A stretch of 42,496 nucleotides of DNA from NCBI GenBank assembly GCA_937867135.1, contig CALMKK010000222.1, positions 1 through 42,496 of the forward strand. Reading direction: 5' to 3'. Below, piece by piece: positions 37,517-42,496 of the stretch; the first letter of the stretch is position 1, and each line of letters opens with the position of its first letter. The stretch comes from an uncultured candidate division Zixibacteria bacterium (lineage in GTDB: Bacteria; Zixibacteria; MSB-5A5; GN15; PGXB01). The notes under the pieces were generated by a model that did no database searches, was not told where the DNA came from, and worked only from the letters and a program-made list of their open reading frames with translations. A program made the position numbers and the translations under genes.

Positions 37517-38020
37517 ATGTTTCACTCAATCCGGGAATTCAGCCAGACCTGGCGGCAGCATTCCGATGCCACCCGAAAAATAATGAGCGCTCTGAGCGAA
37601 AAATCACTGTCGCAGAAAGTTTCTCCCGAAGATCGGACGCTGGGGAGAATCGCCTGGCACATTGTTCAGACCATTCCGGAAATGGCGGGACGTACCGGAC
37701 TTAAAATTTACGGGCCAAAGGCCGATTCCCCTCTTCCCAAAACCGCGCTTGAAATTCAGCAGGGATACGATACTGCGGCCAAGTCGCTCGAAGAGCAAAT
37801 TAACAAAACCTGGGATGATTCCACTCTCAAAATTGAAGACGATATGTACGGCTCAAATTGGCCCCGTGGATTGTCATTGCGAATAATAATCGACCACGAA
37901 ATTCACCATCGGGGGCAGATGACAGTCCTGATGCGGCAATCGGGTCTGATTGTTCCGGGCGTTTTTGGCCCGGCGCGCGAAGAGTGGGCACAACATGGGA
38001 TGGCGGCTCCGGAGATTTAA
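37517..38020 (+). CDS. DinB/YfiT-superfamily protein
   Basis: RTLGRIAWHI and the HEIHHRGQ metal-binding His triad. Confidence 0.85.
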   Translation: MFHSIREFSQTWRQHSDATRKIMSALSEKSLSQKVSPEDRTLGRIAWHIVQTIPEMAGRTGLKIYGPKADSPLPKTALEIQQGYDTAAKSLEEQINKTWDDSTLKIEDDMYGSNWPRGLSLRIIIDHEIHHRGQMTVLMRQSGLIVPGVFGPAREEWAQHGMAAPEI

Positions 38021-38339
38021 ATCAGGGATCACTCGAATTTAAGATCTTCGGGCAATATCATTCATTTTTGGCTGCGCCTGAAAGGATCGGCGCGGACATG
38101 AAAGACATTGAACAATAAGGTCTTATATTGCGAAATCGGTTTTTTTGGTTTTTTCCCGAAATCTTTTTGAAATATGAACTTTTAGTCCTCAAATATTGTA
38201 ATAGTATGTCGAAAGAAGGCTTGAAAGTGGCTGTGGAAAATCTTTGGAAGATGACAGTTTTTTCTTGCAAATTGAATAACATTTTATTTTTATCTGGAGC
38301 GATTTTTGAGCCACAGGCTTGTTTATTGGAGGTGAATTT

Positions 38340-38516
38340 ATGATTTGCGCATTTTGCGGTGAGAAGTTTACAGGCAAGCCGATCAAGCAGGGAGGACAGG
38401 TCTACTGTTCGATTGAGTGCGCCGATATGGCCGCCGAGGTCGTATCCGACGACGAGGAATATTACGAGGACGATAATATTGAAATTGACGACTACGAAGA
38501 CGAAGACGAATATTGA
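38340..38516 (+). CDS. Small 58-aa Cys4 (TRASH/zinc-ribbon-like) protein with an acidic tail
   Basis: GGAGGTG RBS before ATG 38340; CAFC...YCSIEC followed by DDEEYYEDDNIEIDDYEDEDEY; terminator downstream. Confidence 0.72.
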   Translation: MICAFCGEKFTGKPIKQGGQVYCSIECADMAAEVVSDDEEYYEDDNIEIDDYEDEDEY

Positions 38517-38540
38517 TTAATACGCGGTTTCCCCAAGACT

Positions 38541-38578
38541 GAAAGTTCTCCGGCAAACTAATGCCCGAGAACTTTTTT
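38541..38578. terminator. Bidirectional intrinsic terminator between the small protein and greA
   Basis: AAAGTTCTC-CGGCA-AACTAA-TGCCC-GAGAACTTT inverted repeat with an A run before and a T run after. Confidence 0.7.
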
Positions 38579-39056
38579 ATTCGCGTGAAATTCGAATAAC
38601 CTCATACCACACGATTCCCGCCGGCACCTTAATTTCAATTTGCTCGCCCACCCCTTTGCCCAGAAGAGCCGCGCCTATGGGTGATTTGATGGAAATTATA
38701 TCATTGTCCACATCGGCCTCATCCGGAGGGGCCAATTGGAATTCGATCTCATCGCCATTTTTCAGGTCTTTTACCAAAACCTTGGCAAAAAGATAAGCTT
38801 TATCCGACGGGATATTGCCGGTTTCAATGGATCGGGCGCGACTAAGCTTGTCCTCAAGCTCGGCGATTTTTCGCTCAATATGAACCTGGGCCTCTTTCGC
38901 GGCGTGATATTCGGCATTTTCCGACAAATCCCCCATCTGCATGGCACGCTTTATTTCGGATATTATAGCAGGGCGGTTTATGGTTTTGAGTTTTTTCAAC
39001 TCATTTTCCATTTTCAACAAACCCTGTTTTGACAGATAAATCGGGTCGCTATCCAT
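38577..39056 (-). CDS. greA: Transcription elongation factor GreA
   Basis: GDLSENAEYHAAKE and ISIKSPIGAALLGK. Confidence 0.95.
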   Translation of the reverse strand: MDSDPIYLSKQGLLKMENELKKLKTINRPAIISEIKRAMQMGDLSENAEYHAAKEAQVHIERKIAELEDKLSRARSIETGNIPSDKAYLFAKVLVKDLKNGDEIEFQLAPPDEADVDNDIISIKSPIGAALLGKGVGEQIEIKVPAGIVWYEVIRISRE

Positions 39057-39274
39057 ATGGTCCTATTATAATTTAAGACTCCATAATTTAAAAGGAACTT
39101 TTATCTTTTTATACGACGTCTTGACTCCGGAGCATTGATTCCCGCGATTCATTTCGCGGCTTGAGAAAAATTTTCAATAATACTGAGAATAATTTTTCAC
39201 TGGAATATCTCCAAAACGGTTTGTCTCAACGGTTATTTTGTTATCCCACAAGATATTGCGTCAATAATAAGTTT

Positions 39275-39291
39275 CCGGCACCGGCCTTGCC
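39275..39291 (+). promoter_or_regulatory. sigma54 promoter of the Wza/SLBB gene
   Basis: CCGGCAC-CGGCC-TTGCC (GG-N10-GC), about 40 nt before the start codon. Confidence 0.65.
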
Positions 39292-39331
39292 TTAGTTAAT
39301 TTTGAAAATGGGAGTTTAGTCACATAGGAAG

Positions 39332-41656
39332 GTGCAAGTGAGGAAAATACTATTTTTGGTCTTTGTCATCTTGCTGGTCGCGGTGAGCTGGTTCAAGCCG
39401 GTCTTTTGTGACCCCCTTGATAAGGAGTCGCTTATCAGGGATTACCTGGCCGGGAAAAAGCAAATGCCTGCCGTCGATCGGAGCAATAATCGTTACACAA
39501 GTTCCGATATTTACGGGGATTCGCAGCAGGTTAAATTGTCGATTCCGCCCAAGGATTCCAATATCATTGATTCTCTTGGTCCAGTCATTGGAGCGGTTAA
39601 TAACTCAATATCCGCTGATAAGTTGAAGCCATTCGGATATGAGTTGTTTGAGGCAACCGCGGATATTTCCACGGCGCCGGAAGTGGCCGATGCCGCCGAT
39701 TACATTCTCGGACCGGGTGACAATATCATAATTTACCTCTGGGGAACAGTAGAGAAAGAATTCAACCTGGTTGTCGATCGGCAGGGAAAAATATTCATTC
39801 CCAAATTGGGTGAGATTGTAGTTTATGGTAAGAGCCTGAGTGATATCGAATCGCTGATCAATAAAAAATTCTCCGGAATCTATTCCGATTTCAGATCATC
39901 GGTCACGCTCGGTAAAATTCGGTCGATCCGCGTTTATCTTACCGGCGAAGTCAAGCGCCCGGGGGCCTATACGGTCAGTTCGCTGACAACCCTTTTCAAT
40001 GCTCTCTATCTGGCCGGCGGCCCGAATCTTCGCGGTTCCATGCGCAATATTCAGCTTATTCGTAATAACAGGATTGAGACATCATTCGATCTATATCAGT
40101 TTCTTTTAAAAGGAGAAAGCAAATCCGATATCCGTCTTTCTTCCGGTGACGCCATTTTTGTCCCGGTCTGCGGCACTCGCGTCACAATCTCCGGAGAAAT
40201 TAAACGCCCGGCCATTTATGAATTGCTGGGGGGGGAAACGGTCAGCAGTCTGCTGAATCTGGCCGGGGGAACGACCGCCCAGGCCTATCTCGATCGAATC
40301 ATGCTCGATCGCATCTCATCGAGCGACGATAGGCAGATCCTCGATTTGAACTTGAATCGGGAAAACGGAAAGAAGATTGACGATATCGCTTTGATCGACG
40401 GCGACCGCCTGCAGGTCTTTTCCCTTTATGATATGAAGAGAAATATTGTTTTCATCGACGGCATGGTAAAACATCCGGGCGAATTTGAACGAACCGATTC
40501 GACCACGCTCGCCGGATTGTTAAAAAGAGGCGAGTTGCTTCCGGAAAATGTCTTCTATGATCGCGCCAATCTTTTTCGCCGCTATCCGGATCGCCGCTCG
40601 GAAATCATTCCGGTAAACCTAAAGGCTATTTTGTCCGGCGAAGATAATATGAATCTTCAGGATTATGACTCCCTTTATGTTTATAGCATCGACCAGATGA
40701 AACGGAAAAAATTCGTTTATATCGAAGGTGAAGTCGAGAAACCGGGTCAATATCCTCTATATGACAATATGAATCTGGCCGATTTGATATTTCTGTCGGG
40801 CGATCTCAAGAAAAATGCTTATCAACTGGGCTTTGAACTGGCCCGCATAGATACTCTCGGGCGAGTGCATATTCAATATATTGATATTCCCCGCAACAAA
40901 CCGGAGCAAATTTCTCTTCAGGAGGATGACCGGATATTTGTCCGAAAAATTCCGGATTGGTTCCTGCACCGGATGGTCACGATCGACGGAGAAGTTCGTT
41001 TCCCGGGGCAATACGCCCTAATTTCGCGCAATGAAACCCTGTACGACATTATCCAGCGGGCCGGCGGATTCACGGAACGGGCCTTCATAAAGGGCGCCAT
41101 TTTCCGTCGCAATTCCATTGAGCAAAATCTGGAAAGAAGAAACCTGCCGGAAATTATCGCCAACTCCCAGCCTTTGGAACAGGATTCCACCGGAAATATT
41201 CATAAAGCTGAGGTGATTAATTTTAAACTGAATAATATGAACCGAATTGTGCTGGATATGGATAAAATTGTGACCACCAAAGGAGAGAAAGGGAATGTAA
41301 CCATGCAGAACGGAGACATTGTTTTCATTCCCGAGATCCCGACCGGAATTTCGGTGCTGGGCGCGGTCGGATCCAACGGAACGATAAGATTCGAGCGGGG
41401 GAAAAATGTAAAATATTATATCCAGAAGGCCGGGAATTTTACGAACCAGGCCAATAAGGGAGAGACAAAATTAATTAAAGCCGACGGGCAGGTCTATTCC
41501 GGTGGCGGAACGCTTGGCAAGAAAGTTGAAATCGGCGATGCCATCGTAATTCCGACTGAAATCAAAAAAGATCGCGATTGGCTGAGAACGATGTCGGCCG
41601 CGGTTTCAATTATCGGGGGGGTAATGACTTCGGTCTTTATAATCGACAAACTATAA
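39332..41656 (+). CDS. Polysaccharide export (OPX; Wza/KpsD-like) protein with multiple SLBB domains
   Basis: PFGYELF, YILGPGD Poly_export domain, repeated GEVKRPG/GEVEKPG/GEVRFPG SLBB units and a C-terminal amphipathic helix. Confidence 0.9.
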   Translation: MQVRKILFLVFVILLVAVSWFKPVFCDPLDKESLIRDYLAGKKQMPAVDRSNNRYTSSDIYGDSQQVKLSIPPKDSNIIDSLGPVIGAVNNSISADKLKPFGYELFEATADISTAPEVADAADYILGPGDNIIIYLWGTVEKEFNLVVDRQGKIFIPKLGEIVVYGKSLSDIESLINKKFSGIYSDFRSSVTLGKIRSIRVYLTGEVKRPGAYTVSSLTTLFNALYLAGGPNLRGSMRNIQLIRNNRIETSFDLYQFLLKGESKSDIRLSSGDAIFVPVCGTRVTISGEIKRPAIYELLGGETVSSLLNLAGGTTAQAYLDRIMLDRISSSDDRQILDLNLNRENGKKIDDIALIDGDRLQVFSLYDMKRNIVFIDGMVKHPGEFERTDSTTLAGLLKRGELLPENVFYDRANLFRRYPDRRSEIIPVNLKAILSGEDNMNLQDYDSLYVYSIDQMKRKKFVYIEGEVEKPGQYPLYDNMNLADLIFLSGDLKKNAYQLGFELARIDTLGRVHIQYIDIPRNKPEQISLQEDDRIFVRKIPDWFLHRMVTIDGEVRFPGQYALISRNETLYDIIQRAGGFTERAFIKGAIFRRNSIEQNLERRNLPEIIANSQPLEQDSTGNIHKAEVINFKLNNMNRIVLDMDKIVTTKGEKGNVTMQNGDIVFIPEIPTGISVLGAVGSNGTIRFERGKNVKYYIQKAGNFTNQANKGETKLIKADGQVYSGGGTLGKKVEIGDAIVIPTEIKKDRDWLRTMSAAVSIIGGVMTSVFIIDKL

Positions 41657-41685
41657 GATCAATAATTTCCCATTCTCACCTTCCT

Positions 41686-41727
41686 AAACCGCCCGGTCCT
41701 TTCCCTTCGCCGGGCGGTTGCTTTTTT
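41686..41727 (+). terminator. Intrinsic terminator after the OPX gene
   Basis: AACCGCCCGG ... CCGGGCGGTT stem followed by GCTTTTTT. Confidence 0.75.
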
Positions 41728-41855
41728 GGGAACTTCATTCTGGAATTCCGGGAAAATTTTTCAGGTATTTTTTCAGAGGCCTTCCGGGAAGGCTGAGTCA
41801 CCCATGTAATACATTGCTATTCAATGTCTTGAGTAATGTTCAATCTTTCAACATT

Positions 41856-41872
41856 TCGGCATCTGCTTTGCA
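41856..41872 (+). promoter_or_regulatory. sigma54 promoter of the PHP gene
   Basis: TCGGCAT-CTGCT-TTGCA (GG 41858-41859, GC 41870-41871), about 38 nt before ATG 41910. Confidence 0.65.
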
Positions 41873-41909
41873 ATTGAAGTCGGCGAAAGTTGAAAGGAAA
41901 TCCCCTTTT

Positions 41910-42496
41910 ATGAAATTGGATTTGCATGTACATACTAATCACTCTTTTGATTCCGACAGCAGTATTGAAACGGTCATAGAGGCCGCATCGCGGGCGGGGT
42001 TGGACGGCATTGCCATTTGCGACCATGACACCATGTCGGCCATCGGTTTGGCGAAAATGCTCGCTTCCGACATCGTGATAATTCCCGGAATGGAAATCAC
42101 CACCGATCGCGGCACCCATATTATCGGACTCTTTCTCGAGGAAGAGATAATCGCCCGCGATATCTTTGATGTCATAGCGGAAATTCATAAACAAGAGGGA
42201 CTGGTAATGGTCCCGCATCCCTATCGTCCCCGCACCGGTTTATGGTTCAACCGCGATAAAGGGAATTTATACAGCGGCGCTGAAATCGAGAAAATTATTT
42301 CTCAGGTCGACTTGATCGAGGCGGTAAACTACCACTCCAAACCGGAAGAAATTCTGGATACCGATCGACATCTGCGACTTTTGACTTCAATGGCACAGGG
42401 GGCCGGAAGCGACGCGCACAGTGTCGAGGATATCGGCAAGGCGTATGTAGATCTGGATTGTGATTCAAATGATGACCCGGATGAAATAAAAGCGGC
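41910..42496 (+). CDS. PHP-domain metal-dependent phosphoesterase, truncated at the window edge
   Basis: Absent from the ORF track because it runs off the edge. Reads MKLDLHVHTNHSFDS...ICDHD...PGMEIT...PHPYR...IEAVN...GSDAH. GAAAGGA RBS. Confidence 0.9.
   Translation, partial: MKLDLHVHTNHSFDSDSSIETVIEAASRAGLDGIAICDHDTMSAIGLAKMLASDIVIIPGMEITTDRGTHIIGLFLEEEIIARDIFDVIAEIHKQEGLVMVPHPYRPRTGLWFNRDKGNLYSGAEIEKIISQVDLIEAVNYHSKPEEILDTDRHLRLLTSMAQGAGSDAHSVEDIGKAYVDLDCDSNDDPDEIKA

Noticed and set aside
38058-38386. ORFs 38058-38282 (-), 38128-38343 (+) and 38189-38386 (-)
   Set aside because: Low-complexity translations of AT-rich intergenic DNA with no RBS or motif. Only the ATG 38340 ORF is supported.
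27207-41790. Recurrent TTCCGGGAA palindrome as its own regulatory motif
   Set aside because: It also occurs inside coding sequence (e.g. about 25412) and CCGG-containing words are very common throughout the window, so it is likely compositional bias.
41817-42218. Minus-strand ORFs 41817-42218 and 41939-42175
   Set aside because: They are antisense to the PHP-domain gene starting at 41910, which has clear metal-binding motifs.
1-42496. CRISPR arrays, tRNA/rRNA, IS elements, integrases, prophage or defence genes
   Set aside because: I saw no regularly spaced direct repeats, cloverleaf-like segments, or transposase, integrase or phage motifs. A by-eye scan could miss short or degenerate elements.

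Overview
A 42.5-kb, gene-dense chromosomal window from a diderm bacterium (FadL-type outer-membrane barrel, lipoproteins, Wza/Wzz export). Gene content suggests an FCB-group lineage such as Ca. Zixibacteria, but this is inference and cannot be confirmed here. Left to right it holds: partial lepA; an inositol module (CDP-alcohol phosphotransferase, PfkB kinase, TetR, ino1); tmk-ctpA-tauE-small membrane protein-HAD phosphatase-NDP-sugar pyrophosphorylase/pseudo-phosphomannomutase; asnS; a fluoride-riboswitch-controlled crcB-DUF190 pair; a pseudaminic-acid polysaccharide operon (pseB, pseC, SpsF-type cytidylyltransferase, pseG, an N-formyltransferase in place of pseH, pseI, wzx, KpsS-like transferase, GT4, wzy, GT4) followed by wzz; a TPR lipoprotein; a metzincin; a znuACB-type transporter; fadL plus an esterase-fold lipoprotein; bshB1, dinB, a small Cys4/acidic protein, greA, a Wza/SLBB exporter and a partial PHP gene. 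I saw no mobile elements, CRISPR arrays, rRNA or tRNA. The most notable signals are: (1) four dispersed polysaccharide-related promoters sharing a sigma54 box, an IHF-like site and a GGAAA-N3-TTTCC upstream dyad; (2) a FadL-paired alpha/beta-hydrolase with Glu at the catalytic Ser position; (3) enrichment of the Bacteroidota O-glycosylation sequon D-(S/T)-x in exported proteins; (4) predicted 7-formyl-pseudaminic acid; (5) an inositol-phospholipid (or DIP) module with a possible salvage kinase. All calls come from motifs read by eye; no database searches were run.
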